Assembly: GCA_002269645.1 (NCBI GenBank) | Contig: NIVC01000989.1 | Location: 186,001-250,000 of the forward strand | DNA: 64,000 nucleotides | Source: Macrostomum lignano | Taxonomy: Eukaryota | Reading direction: 5' to 3' | In this document: piece by piece, positions 1 through 11,921 of the stretch | Layout: each line of letters begins with the position of its first letter | Numbering within the stretch: the stretch's first letter is position 1 | Translations under genes and position numbers: made by a program | The notes under the pieces: model-generated | Database searches by the model: none | The model's input: the letters and a program-made list of their open reading frames with translations, nothing else | What the model was told of the DNA's origin: nothing

Positions 1-40
1 GCGTGAAAAAAGAAATTGTTATGATTTTGTGCGAATGAAG

Positions 41-402
41 TTTTTTTTATTAGAGGCAGGGGGGTTGTGTGCACCCTGGCGCACTTTAAGCGACATAGGC
101 ACACAACCGGCGAGAGGCATTGCTGCCCATTCCGCCGACTCCCCTGAGCAGGCATACAAGCGCGCGGATACGTACGCAGGCACACACTCACACAGGAGTG
201 TACAGCGGCCCTAACTTTATCAATTGTTAGGCATGTACACTTCACTGCGACTTGGGGGGTTGGCTCTCAAAGCCGTTAATTGCACGAGCAGAGCCAAGCC
301 GAAATTCCAATTCAGCCCCAAATTAATGTGACTGCACTTGGAATCGAGCCTGGGTCGCTGGCACACCAGAGCAGCTGCGCTACCGCTGGGCTACGGCCCC
401 CC
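41..402 (-). mobile_element. tRNA-derived SINE, family A (full-length copy)
   Basis: The minus strand starts GGGGGGCCGTAGCCCAGCGGTAGCGC (A-box-like), has GGCTCGATTCC (B-box-like) and ends TCTAATAAAAAAAA. It aligns along its length with 14626-14970 (+) and partly with 30323-30470. Confidence 0.8.
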
Positions 403-1182
403 TGCGAATGACGTTTATATTTTTTTTAATTCCCTTCCTCGCGGCGGCTTAGTTGCGTAATTTGAGGGTTGAATTGTGAGTGAGAAGTTGTCGCAATAAG
501 AAAGAAAATTTTTATCTCGCTTGGCGGGTGCAACTTTTGACTTGCTGAGTGTATTTAGCATGTCTGATACTCATCAAGAGAATTTACTCAAAATTTGGAA
601 ATTTAACTAATACATGAATACCAGCAATGTAATTAACAATTTTTATCAACTGCCAAGTTTTATGTTTTTTATTTTTATGTAGTGTTTCATTCTTTTGCTA
701 TTTTTGTACTTTTTGTTCGTTTCTGCGCTAAAATCTGATTTCTCTAAACTGAAACCATTATTTTTTTATTTCAATTTTTTTACAAGAAATATTTGAACAA
801 TTGACTACTTTGTTAATAAAGTTATTTAGTAATATCTCAAGGATTTTCAGATTATGTGTTCAAAATCCAATAAGGTAGGCGCAAAGGTCACTAAGATTAG
901 CGGGAATTTTTCCAATTGTAAATGAAGCAGTTGCCTCCCTCCTGGCGACCAAACTTAAGCTTGATAGAGCAGTCCTATGTCCACTTACCAACTGAACCAC
1001 TGCTTGTGAATTGAGACTTCGAGACTTTGTCTTAACTGTCCTTTTAAACTGAAGGAAAGTACCAATAATGAGATTTTATAGTCTCAGATGTCAACTGACA
1101 GTTGACAAATTTTGGTCAAAATGTTTGCTGTGTGTGCCGCATGGCACATGCGAACAGTGAGCGTCTGCTAAAGTGGGTATCT

Positions 1183-1632
1183 AGCTTCCCAAATCCCCCA
1201 AGGTTCCCAAATCCCCAACCTTCCCGAATCCCCAACCTTCCCAAATCCCCCAAGCTTCCCAAATCCCCCCAAGCTTCCCAAATCGCCCCAAGCTTCCCAA
1301 ATCCCCCCAAGCTTCCCAAATCCCAAACCTTCCCAAATCCCCCCAAGCTTCCCAAATCGCCCAAACCTTCCCAAATCCCCCCAAGCTTCCCAAATCCCAA
1401 ACCTTCCCAAATGCCCCAAGCTTCCCAAATCCCCAACCTTCTCAAATCCCCCAAGCTTTCCAAATCCCCCAAGCTTCCCAAATCCCCCAAGCTTCCCAAA
1501 TCCCCAACCTTCTCAAATCCCCCAAGCTTTCCAAATCCCCCAAGCTTTCCAAATCCCCCAAGCTTTCCAAATCCCCCAAGCTTCCCAAAACCCACAAGCT
1601 TCTTGAATACCCAAGCTTCCCGAATCCCAAAT
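1183..1632. repeat. 18-bp minisatellite (CTTCCCAAATCCCCCAAG)n
   Basis: Tandem units with 9-bp sub-periodicity. The same family recurs at 2213-2520. Confidence 0.95.
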
Positions 1633-1635
1633 TCC

Positions 1636-1872
1636 TCCGGTTTCTCAAATCGGTCGGGTCTGCTGTTTGTCAGCGAGCGTTCAGGGCAAGTGGTTTGTTT
1701 GATGCGGAGTGACGGCACTGTGCTGCAGACTGTCGCAGTCGAGGGTCAGACTGGCAGTGGCGGGAGAAAACTTGATAGCCCGCTTGGCTTGGCGATCATT
1801 GAGCGAAGCCCGAAGGTGCTGGCGGTGTGTCAAGATTCAAAATCGATTGGCCTTTATAAGCTTAATGTGTGA
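1636..1872 (+). CDS. 3' exon of an NHL/beta-propeller-like protein (5' end unresolved)
   Basis: Non-repetitive translation [20 protein letters not shown]...[10 protein letters not shown]...IGLYKLNV* resembles NHL-repeat blades (LFVS; P-x-GLA). The acceptor site was not determined. Confidence 0.4.
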   Translation, partial: SGFSNRSGLLFVSERSGQVVCLMRSDGTVLQTVAVEGQTGSGGRKLDSPLGLAIIERSPKVLAVCQDSKSIGLYKLNV

Positions 1873-2212
1873 TTTTTCAAGCTCATTCGGATATATATTT
1901 GGTAGTAAAGCTTGCGACACTTAAATAACTGAAATAACACTATAAATTACATTTGATATTGTCTCATGCAAATGGCTAAAATTTCTCACTTTTTTCTGAT
2001 CCCCCAACTGCAGCATCGCTAGACCTGCACTGTTTTTGTGCTGTTTTTACTCTAAATTGGACCTACTATTTTTGGCTAAAAATTATACGAAAAATTGACT
2101 CATTGCTGATAAGTAATACAATGTCTCAAAGCGCTTTTTTAACTTTGTGCGTTTGAAATGCATTTGGTAGCTCTAAATATAAGAATGGATTAGCGTGAAA
2201 CATTTCACATTA

Positions 2213-2520
2213 AAATCTCCCAAGTTTCCCAAATCCCCCAAGCTTCCCAAATCCCCCAAGCTTCTCAAATCCCCCACTTCCCAAATCCCCCAAGCTTCTC
2301 AAATCCCCCACTTCCCAAATCCCCCAAGCTTCTCAAATCTCCCAAGTTTCCCAAATCCCCTAAGCTTCCCAAATCCCCCAAGCTTCTCAAATCCCCCCGC
2401 TTCCCAAATCCCCCAAGCTTCTCAAATCCCCCCGCTTCCCAAATCCCCCAAGCTTCTCAAACCCCTAAGTTTCAGAAATACCCAAGCTTTTAAAATCCCC
2501 CAAACTTCAAAAATCTCCTA
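2213..2520. repeat. 18-bp minisatellite, second array
   Basis: Same CTTCCCAAATCCCCCAAG unit as 1183-1632. Confidence 0.95.
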
Positions 2521-2585
2521 AACTCTAAGCCGTTTTTAAATTGTGTCTTAGTGACTCTCAGTTCTGTGTAAATATTGCAGTTATT

Positions 2586-4125
2586 ATGAAACAAAATATG
2601 GTCTCCGCTAGCAAGTCTGGCCAGAGTCCCAACGCAGACACATTCGATGACCTGCCACTAAACGATACACTGAAACGCTCCATCCGTAACCATGGTTTTA
2701 TCGAACTGTCTACAATTCAAAATCAAGCTTTCCCTTTGTACTTGAATGGGGAAAATGTGTTTGTTCAGTCACCGTCTGGCACTGGCAAGATGTCTATGGC
2801 CGCAATTTCAGTTCTGCAATCAGTGAAACTCCCAAGTTTGAGCTCTACAAATCCTGACAATCCTGTTCAGAGTCGTACAGCTCAAGCTTTGGTGCTGACT
2901 CCGTCAAGAGAGTTGGCTCTATCTGCGAGATTCATGTTTAATGACCTGGGAAAATCAATGGGCGTATTGTGTTGCGCTTGCGTTGGAGGTATTAAGGTTT
3001 GTGATTTGGCGTATCGAATAGTTCTATTGGCGTTGTCTATCAATTATCCCATAATTATTTATGAATCGTTCGATCCCATTTCCCCAGCCGCGGGATCAGA
3101 AGACTGAGCTAGATGCAGGCGTGGATATTGCGATTGGCACCCCAGGCCGAGTTGAAGACTTAATAAATCGAGGATGGTTGAGCACTGCTCAGATACGATT
3201 GATAATCCTCACTGAGACCGACGATTTGATTAGACGAGGTTTCAAAAACAATCTGATTAACATAATTAGTCAGATGCCTGAAGGTTTGCAGGTAGGCTGT
3301 GCTTTGTTTAAACCTTAAAACAATATATTCCATTTTTAGTAGAGTCGCCCACCAAACTCATTAAAGAATCGCCCTCAAAAGCCAAGAAAGAATCGCCCTC
3401 AAAAGCCAAGAAAGAATCGCCCTCAAAAACCAAGAAAGAATCGCCGTCAAAAGCCAAGAAAGAATCGCCCTCAAAAGCCAAGAAAGAATCGCCCTCAAAA
3501 GCCAAGAAAGAATCGCCCTCAAAAGCCAAGAAAGAATCGCCCTCAAAAGCCAAGAAAGAATCGCCCTCAAAAACCAAGAAAGAATCGCCGTCAAAAGCCA
3601 AGAAAGAATCGCCGTCAAAAGCCAAGAAAGAATCGCCGTCAAAAGCCAAGAAAGAATCGCCCTCAAAAGCCAAGAAAGAATCGCCCTCAAAAGCCAAGAA
3701 AGAATCGCCGTCAAAAGCCAAGAAAGAATCGCCCTCAAAAGCCAAGAAAGAATCGCCGTCAAAAGCCAAGAAAGAATCGCCCTCAAAAGCCAAGAAAGAA
3801 TCGCCGTCAAAAGCCAAGAAAGAATCGCCCTCAAAAGCCAAGAAAGAATCGCCCTCAAAAGCCAAGAAAGAATCGCCGTCAAAAGCCAAGAAAGAATCGC
3901 CCTCAAAACTCATCAAAAGCCATCAAAGAATCGTCTTTTAACTTCCTGAAAAGTTCATCTAGCACTTTAAAGAAACGCCATGCCGCTGACTAAAGCTCCG
4001 AACCTCCATCATTTCAGGTGCTGATATTCTCGCCTACAGCTCCAGTTGAATTGATGGAATTATTGAACAGTTTGAACTTAAACCCAAGCCCAGTGCATGT
4101 TCGACCTAATCTGGACCGACCGTAA
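2586..4125 (+). CDS. eIF4A-like DEAD-box protein, N-terminal RecA domain only, degenerate motifs (240 aa)
   Basis: Exons 2586-2996, 3088-3291, 4018-4125, both introns GT-AG and phase 0. Q motif GFIELSTIQ, motif I SGTGKM, Ia PSRELA, Ib TPGR, II LTETD, III FSPT, then TAA. Confidence 0.8.
3341..3935. repeat. 24-bp minisatellite (AAGAATCGCCCTCAAAAGCCAAGA)n in helicase intron 2
   Basis: About 24 near-identical units between donor 3292 and acceptor 4017. Confidence 0.95.
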
Positions 4126-4747
4126 AACTTGATATCTGATTATCTAATCTAACTTTTTGCTCCAACCTAATTATTGCCTTAATCATGTCACATTCCCTGC
4201 TATTATGCAATACTATGGAAACAGCAAAACAGTTTTCACTGCATGGCTAATCATTCAGTATCCTTGTTGTTATTGCACTGCGAACTTGGCAGTTATAAAT
4301 AATATTTCCATCTATACTAAAAAAATTAATGAAGAATCTGAATGAACGCCGTTCTAAGACTTAATTACACGAGCAGAGCCAATCACTTGAAGACCTTGAT
4401 TTTGTCATACCTTGACAAAAAGCCGAAGCTGTGATGTAAATTCGTATTTTATATATTTTTATTCTAAAATTGTTTTAATAATTGAAAAATATACTATGCA
4501 AAACTTTTCAAGCTTTTTATTTTCTTACTAAAAGTATATGTTTTAGTCATTGTCTAATAATTTTAACTCCCTGTTCGGTAGACAAAAGTTTTTTCTACTA
4601 GAGTTTTAGATGTTTTAGAATGTCCAAAGAAGTTGAGAAAGCTCAATAATAGCAAAAATCTGAAATTGCATTTTTTCTAGCCTGAAATTCGACTTGCCAC
4701 TATTTCACTGTCAGCAATTAGGGTTGCGGTTAAGGATTTAGGTTAGT

Positions 4748-4985
4748 TTAGTGGTTGGTTGGCTTTGGTTGTGGTTCGGGTTGTTTGTGGTTCAGGTTGG
4801 TTGTGGTTCGGGGTGGTTGTGGTTCAGGTTGTTAGTAGTTCAGGTTGGTTGTGGTTCGGGGTGGTTGTGGTTCAGGTTGGTTGTGGTTCGGGGTGGTTGT
4901 GGTTCAGGTTGGTTGTGGTTCGGGTTGGTTGTGGTTCGGGGTGGTTGTGGTTCGGGTTGGCTTTGGTTGGGGTTGTTGTTGTGTT
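4748..4985. repeat. GT-rich ~21-bp tandem repeat (GGTTGGTTGTGGTTCGGG-type)
   Basis: Visible tandem units upstream of the TEX10 start. Confidence 0.85.
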
Positions 4986-5120
4986 AGTGTCGACAAGCAG
5001 GTGTGGGGGACCCCAGTCGTAACATATTGCTGCATACCCTTTTAAGCATTGACATCTCAGGAGCTTATTTCAGACATCATGCATAACGATATCTTAAACA
5101 AATATTTCAGCTGCCAAGCC

Positions 5121-8100
5121 ATGGTGAAGCATCACAAAAAGAAAGAGAAAAATGCCGACTTCACTAAAGTGCGCCTGAAAGTTGGTCGAAAATTGCCGAA
5201 ATGCCTGAATGAAACTAAAATCAGTTTGGCTACAGGTAAAATTGTTGTTCGCGGTCAGGAGTCCGCCGCTAGCTCGGCTGATTTGGCATCTCCGGCCAGT
5301 CAGCCACTGCAGTGGTCCACCGGCCAGGCTCTGTTGAGAAAATTGAGAGCCAGCCAGATGGACGAGCGAGTGGCCGCGGCTAACAAATTGGCAAGGTTCG
5401 TGTTTGGGATAAGTTTTATCTAAAAAATCCCCCTTAAAACGCATCAAAGAATCATCCTCAAAAGCCACCAAAGAATCGCCCTCAAATGCCATCAAAGAAT
5501 CGCCCTCGAAACCCACCAAAGAATCGCCCTCGAAACCCGTCAAAGAATCGCCCTCAAAACCCACCAAAGAATCGCCCTCGAAACCCACCAAAGAATCGCC
5601 CTCGAAACCCGTCAAAGAATCGCCCTCAAAAACCATCAGAGAATCGCCCTCAAAAGCCATCAAAGAATCGCCCTCAAAAGCCATCAAAGAATCGCCCTCA
5701 AAAGCCATCAAAGAATCTCCCTCAAAAGCCATCAAAGAATCGCCCTCAAAAGCCAATAAAGAATCGCCCTCAAAAGCCATCAAAGAATCTCCCTCAAAAG
5801 CCACCAAAGAATCGCCCTCAAAAGCCATCAAAGAATCGCCCTCAAAACTCATCAAAGAATCGCCCTCAAAACTCATCAAAGAATCGCCCTAAAAACTCAT
5901 CAAAGAATCGCCCTCAAAAGCCATCAAAGAATCGCCCTCAAAAGCCATCAAAGAATTGCCCTCAAAAGCCACCAAAGAATCGCCCTCAAAACCATCAAAG
6001 AATCGCCCTCAAATGCAATCAAAGAATCTCCCTCAAAAGCCAATAAAGAATCGCCCTCAAAAGCCATCAAAGAATCTCCCTCAAAAGCCACCAAAAAATC
6101 GCCCTCAAAAGCCATCAAAGAATCGCCCTCAAAACTCATCAAAGAATCGCCCTCAAAACTCATCAAAGAATCGCCCTCAAAACTCATCAAAGAATCGCCC
6201 TCAAAAACCATCAAAGAATCGCCCTCAAAAGCCATCAAAGAATCGCCCTCAAAAGCCACCAAAGAATCACCCTCAAAAGCCATCAAAGAATCGCCCTCAA
6301 AAGCCATCAAAGAATCGCCCTCAAAAGCCATCAAAGAATCGCCCTCAAAAGCCACCAAAGAATCACCCTCAAAAGCCATCAAAGAATCGCCCTCAAAAGC
6401 CATCAAAGAATCACCCTCAAAACCGCTCAAAGAATCACCCTCAAAAGCCATCAAAGAATCGCCCTCAAAAGCCATCAAAGAATCGCCCTCAAAAGCCATC
6501 AAAGAATCGCCCTCAAAAGCCATCAAAGAATCTCCCTCAAAACCCATCAAAGAATCGCCATCAAAAGCCATCAAAGAATCGCCCTCAAAAGCCATCAAAG
6601 AATCGCCCTCAAAAGCCATCAAAGAATCGCCCTCAAAAGCCATCAAAGAATCGCCCTCAAAAGCCATCAAAGAATCGCCCTCAAAACCCATCAAAGAATC
6701 GCCCTCAAAAGCCATCAGATAATCGCCCTCAAAACCCGTCAAAGAATCGCCCTCGAAACCCACCAAAGAATCGCCCTCAAAAGCCATCAAAGAATCGCCC
6801 TCAAAACCCATCAAAGAATCGCCCTCAAAACTCATCAAAGAATCGCCCTCAAAACCCATCAAAGAATCGCCCTCAAAACCCATCAAAGAATCGCCCTCAA
6901 ATGCCATCAAAGAATCGCCCTCAAAACCCATCAAAGAATCGCCCTCAAAAGCCATCAAAGAATCGCCATCAAAAGCCATCAAAGAATCGCCCTCAAATGC
7001 CATCAAAGAATCGCCCTCAAATGCCATCAAAGAATCGCCCTCAAATGCCATCAAAGAATCGCCCTCAAAACCCATCAAAGAATCGCCCTCAAATGCCATC
7101 AAAGAATCGCCCTCAAATGCCATCAAAGAATCGCCCTCAAAACCCACCAAAGAATCGCCCTCAAAACCCACCAAAGAATCGCCCTCAAAAGCCATAAAAA
7201 AATCGCCCTCGAAACCCCTCAAAGAATCGCCCTCAAATGCCATCAAAGAATCGCCCTCAAAAGCCATCAAAGAATCGCCCTCAAAAGCCATCAGAGAATC
7301 GCCCTCAAAACCCGTCAAAGAATCGCCCTCGAAACCCACCAAAGAATCGCCCTCAAAAGCCATCAAAGAATCGCCCTCAAAACCCATCAAAGAATCACCC
7401 TCAAAACCCATCAAATAATCGCCCTCAAAACCCATCAAAGAATCGCCCTCAAATGCCATCAAAGAATCGCCCTCAAAAGCCATCAAAGAATCGCCATCAA
7501 AAGCCATCAAAGAATCGCCCTCAAATGCCATCAAAGAATCGCCCTCAAAACCCACCAAAGAATCGCCCTCAAATGCCATCAAAGAATCGACCTCAAATGC
7601 CATCAAAGAATCGCCCTCAAAACGCACCAAAGAATCGCCCTCAAAACTCATCAAAGAATCGCCCTCAAAACCCATCAAAGAATCGCCCTCAAAACTCATC
7701 AAAGAATCGCCCTCAAAAGCCATCAAAGAATCTCCCTCAAAACCCATCAAAGAATCGCCATCAAAAGCCATCAAAGAATCGCCCTCAAATGCCATCAAAG
7801 AATCGCCCTCAAAACCCACCAAAGAATCGCCCTCAAATGCCATCAAAGAATCGCCCTCAAATGCCATCAAAGAATCGCCCTCAAAACCCACCAAAGAATC
7901 GCCCTCAAAACTCATCAAAGAATCGCCCTCAAAACCCATCAAAGAATCGCCCTCAAAACTCATCAAAGAATCGCCCTCAAAACTCATCAAAGAATCGCCC
8001 TCAAAACCCATCAAAGAATCGCCCTCAAAACCCATCAAAGAATCGCCCTCAAAACCCATCAAAGAATCGCCCTCAAAAGCCATCAAAGAATCGCCCTCAA

Positions 8101-11100
8101 ATGCCATCAAAGAATCGCCGTCAAAAGCCAAGAAAGAATCGCCCTCAAATGCCACCAAAGAATCGCCATCAAAAGCCACCAAAGAATCGCCCTCAAAAGC
8201 CATCAAAGAATCGCCCTCAATGGCATGAAAGTTAATCCCACTGCAATGCTCAGGTGGCTTACCGACCTCGCTGCCAGTCAGCAACAGCAGCAGCAGCATC
8301 ATAACCGGCCAGTGCCATTCACAGTGCAGGACCTGACCGAGTACCTGTCCCCATGCCTCCGCGATCCAGCCAGCGCAGAACTTCGATCAGCCTGTCGTCG
8401 TGTTTTCACCGCCCTGCTCACCTGCGGCGTTGCCAACCAGCCAGTCTGCCGGCCTGCACTGTTCCAGTCTCTGCGCACCTGTTGGTGTCACGTGGACGAA
8501 TCAATTCAAAACGAATCGGTACAACTACTCGAGTCCTTGCTAACTCACGCTCCCATTGTACTGTTGGAACGTGCTGACGATTTTCGAGCGTTGCTCAATC
8601 GAAGTTTGAAGAGGCGTTTAACTGCGACAGTGCCAACAGGGGCATCAGCGGCTGCGGCTGCTGCTGGTGCGGGTGTTGCTTCGGCTTCTGTGGCTCAGCG
8701 AAGTCGAGGCCAGTTGATGTCGCTGGCTGCCTGTGTGGCCAGCTTTGCCGACCTGCTGGCTGAGAACTACTCTTCTGGTAAGTGCCCTCAAAAGCTATCA
8801 AAGAATCGCCCTCAAAAAGCCATAAAAATCGCCCTCAAAAGCCATAAAAATGGCCCTCAAAGCCATAAAAAATCGCCCTCAAAAAGCCATAAAAATCGCC
8901 CTCAAAAGCCAGAAAAATCGCCCTCAAAAGCCAGAAAAAATCGCCCTCAAAAGCCAGAAAAAATCGCCCTCAAAAGCCAGAAAAAATCGCCCTCAAAAGC
9001 CAGAAAAATCGCCCTCAAAAGCCAGAAAAAATCGCCCTCAAAAGCCAGAAAAAATCGCCCTCAAAAGCCAATAAAGAATCGCCCTCAAAAGCCAGAAAAA
9101 ATCGCCCTCAAAAGCCAGAAAAAATCGCCCTCAAAAGCCAGAAAAAATCGCCCTCAAAAGCCAGAAAAAATCGCCCTCAAAAGCCAGAAAAATCGCCCTC
9201 AAAAGCCAGAAAAAATCGCCCTCAAAAGCCAGAAAAAATCGCCCTCAAAAGCCAATAAAGAATCGCCCTCAAAGAATCGCCATATCAAAAGCCAATAAAA
9301 AATCGCCTTCAAAAGCCATTAAAATCGCCCTCAGCAGCCATTAAAGAATGGCTTTGATGCCATGCAGCGCTGACGATCGTTGGAGGGAGTGTGGTCGGTT
9401 GTAGCCTAGCCGTCAGAGCGTCGGACTCACGACTGAAAGGTCTGGGGTTCGATTCCCAATCCCACTCGGAACAATTTGTGTCCTTATGAGCAAGACACTT
9501 AACTCTGCATTGCTTCAGTTCACCCAGCTGTAAAATGGATGCCAGGATTAGCTGGGGATAATTGAGGGTCCGCAATAGCTGCAGGTGAGCTGCCGGTTGC
9601 ACATCTGCCCATTAGCGCTGACTCCGTACTGTATACTGTGTACAGCGGCCCTGTCATTCACGTGACATCGTGACATCGTGGAAGATAACTTTTCCGTTTT
9701 TTTTATTATTTAACCCACCACTTCCAGCTTCCCAGTTGAGCAGCTCAGATGCTTCATCATCTGCTCAGCACCAGCAGAGTAGGATTCTCGACTACCTACC
9801 GGACGATTTCGATTTAAACAGCGCGGCTTGGTCCCGCTATCAGCTCAGCTGGAACTGCGACCTGGCGGCTACGGACTCGGATCCTACAGCTCTGGTTGGC
9901 TTGGCCATCTCCGATCTTTATAACAGCAGCAGTAACAAAGACAAAGACCTACTTGTCGACGATGCAGAGACTGGCGGCGTAGAATCTTCAATTAGCAGTG
10001 ATAGCAGTATTTTTGAAATCAATTTTGCTAGCCTAATTAAAGAGCTGTTTCCCGCTGAGTTCTCTGGTCGAGTTGGCGGCGTGAACGCTTATGAAGAGTT
10101 GCTGGCTTTGTTGAAGTGTCTGAGAAGCTTGTTGGCGTTGCATTTTGCTCGCACCGCTGCCGAGAGGCGAGACAGGGGCGGTGACAATCTAGTAGGCTCT
10201 GAGGAGCGGTGGTGGCAGTGTGACTGTTTCACTGCCGGAAAACCTAAAAATGGTAACATCTTTTGACACTTTGAATGCCTAAATAGATTGATATTGTATT
10301 ATGAGTTCGAAATTCTGCTGTGTGAAATCCTAGCTAGTCAGTGAAATGCCAGTTAAGGAAATTCTAGTTAGGGAAATCCCAGTCAGGGAAATCTTAGTCA
10401 GGGAAATCCCATTTAGGGAAATCCTGATTAAGGAAATTCTATGCGGGAAATCCCAGTCAGGGAAACCCCAGTTAGGGAAATCCAAGTTAGGGAAATCCCA
10501 GTCAGGGAAATCTTAGTCAGGGAAATCCCATTTAGGGAAATCCTGATTAAGGAAATTCTATGCGGGAAATCCCAGTCAGGGAAACCCCAGTTAGGAAAAT
10601 CCAAGTTAGAGAAATCCCAGACAGGGAAATCCCTTTAAGGGAATCCCAGTCACTAAACCCCAGTCAGGTAAATCCCGGTTAGAAAAATTGTTTATTTGAT
10701 ACATTAATTGTTTGATAGGATGATCTATTAATTGATCCACAATTTCCGCAGGTTAATTAATCATAGTACTTCCTTTACAATCAAACGTCAGGTCTCATTA
10801 ACCCAACCCAAACCCCCACCTCGGTAGGAAGTGCTAGATTTGATAGATTAATTTATTTGATAGATTAATTGTTTGATAGGATGATCTATTAATTGATCCA
10901 CAATTTCCGCAGGTTAATTAATCATAGTACTTCCTTTACAATCAACCATCAGGTCTCATTAACCCAACCCAAACCTCCACCTCATCTCTGCTCCAGACTC
11001 CGGCAGAAAGCGCTCCAACCAAAAGCGGTTCACACCCTGTCAGCTGGCTGTGTCAGACCTACTGTCGTCAGCTCTGTGTCCCCTGTTCCCCCTGACCGTG

Positions 11101-11868
11101 TCTACCACTGCGGACTCGTCGTCAGCCGGCTCCGGTCAGGCTAACAAGAAGCGTCGCAAAAGCCACGGCGGCAGAGACGCACTGAAAGACTTGGCAAAGA
11201 AATCTACGGAGCTCAATAATGCGATAGTGGAGTGCGCCCTGCTGGCGGGTCCCCAGCTGCAGGCCTGTCTCGGTCAGGCTAACACTGACGCCTTCGCTTT
11301 GGCCGTCTATAACTACTTAGCTGCTAGATACTCCAATACAAGATCTTCTACAGCTAAAATACTGGCTACAGATACTACTTATTGGCTAAATGCCAGTAGT
11401 CGATTGGTTTGCCAACACCTGGATAGCAGTCCTCTGGCTAGACTGTTTCTAGCCTTCTTTGCCGATTCGATGCGTAAAAATCGATTCGAACAGCCGGATG
11501 TTGTTGCCGATTTTCTAGTGAATTTAGCTACTTATAGCAGTAGTATTAGTAGCGTCTGTCGGCAGAGTTTGGATTTTCTACCGCAATATCTGATTGATCG
11601 ATTCGATGCTGCCCAGCTTCACTTGTTGCCGCCTGTGTCAGCTTCTTCTTCTTCATCATCGAAGTTGCTTAACAGCGCCAGTCCTGAGCAACAGTCGGCC
11701 TGTTCCGCTGTTCGCTGTCTTCTGCTTTTGCTGGCTAGCCAATTTCCTGGAGCTGAAGAGGCTGCGATTGCTGCTTGCGACAGGCTGGTGCGCTACTGTC
11801 CCGATCGGCTGTTGAGAAGGAGTTTGAGTGCCTCTCTAGCCTCTGTTGGCAACGCTGCTTCCGTTTAA
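5121..11868 (+). CDS. TEX10: TEX10/Ipi1-like pre-rRNA processing (Rix1 complex) protein, 731 aa
   Basis: Exons 5121-5395, 8254-8777, 9728-10252, 10997-11868, with intron phases 2,1,1 consistent and 2196 nt in total. The N-terminus KKKEKNADFTKVRLKVGRKLPK matches the Ipi1/TEX10 DFxKxKLKVG signature, followed by helical ARM-like sequence. Confidence 0.8.
5422..8220. repeat. 24-bp minisatellite (AAGAATCGCCCTCAAAAGCCATCA)n filling TEX10 intron 1
   Basis: About 2.8 kb, more than 110 units. It starts ~26 bp after the donor and ends ~33 bp before the acceptor. Confidence 0.97.
8784..9335. repeat. 22-24-bp variant of the same minisatellite (GCCAGAAAAAATCGCCCTCAAAA)n in TEX10 intron 2
   Basis: Starts immediately after the GTAAGT donor at 8778. 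Confidence 0.95.
9393..9665 (+). mobile_element. tRNA-derived SINE, family B, with CORE-like central domain
   Basis: tRNA-like head (GTAGCCTAGCCGTCAGAGCG ... GGTTCGATTCCC), then TGTGTCCTTATGAGCAAGACACTTAACTCT...CAGCTGTAAAATGG (9477-9539), which resembles the CORE/MIR-type conserved domain. Confidence 0.65.
10345..10685. repeat. 15-bp minisatellite (GGGAAATCCCAGTCA)n with ~120-bp higher-order unit
   Basis: Tandem units in TEX10 intron 3. Confidence 0.9.
10692..10983. repeat. ~161-bp-period direct duplication upstream of the TEX10 exon 4 acceptor
   Basis: 10692-10822 is near-identical to 10853-10983. Confidence 0.9.
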
Positions 11869-11921
11869 TACTGAGCTTGGCTTGTACTTTTGTTTGTCAG
11901 ACTGGCTGCTAACTGTCCAAT

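Noticed and set aside
5094-8302. Very long ORFs (784, 413, 332, 261 aa; FEGDSLMA / PSKNRPQK repeats)
   Set aside because: These are translations of a 24-bp stop-free array lying inside a phase-consistent GT-AG intron of TEX10.
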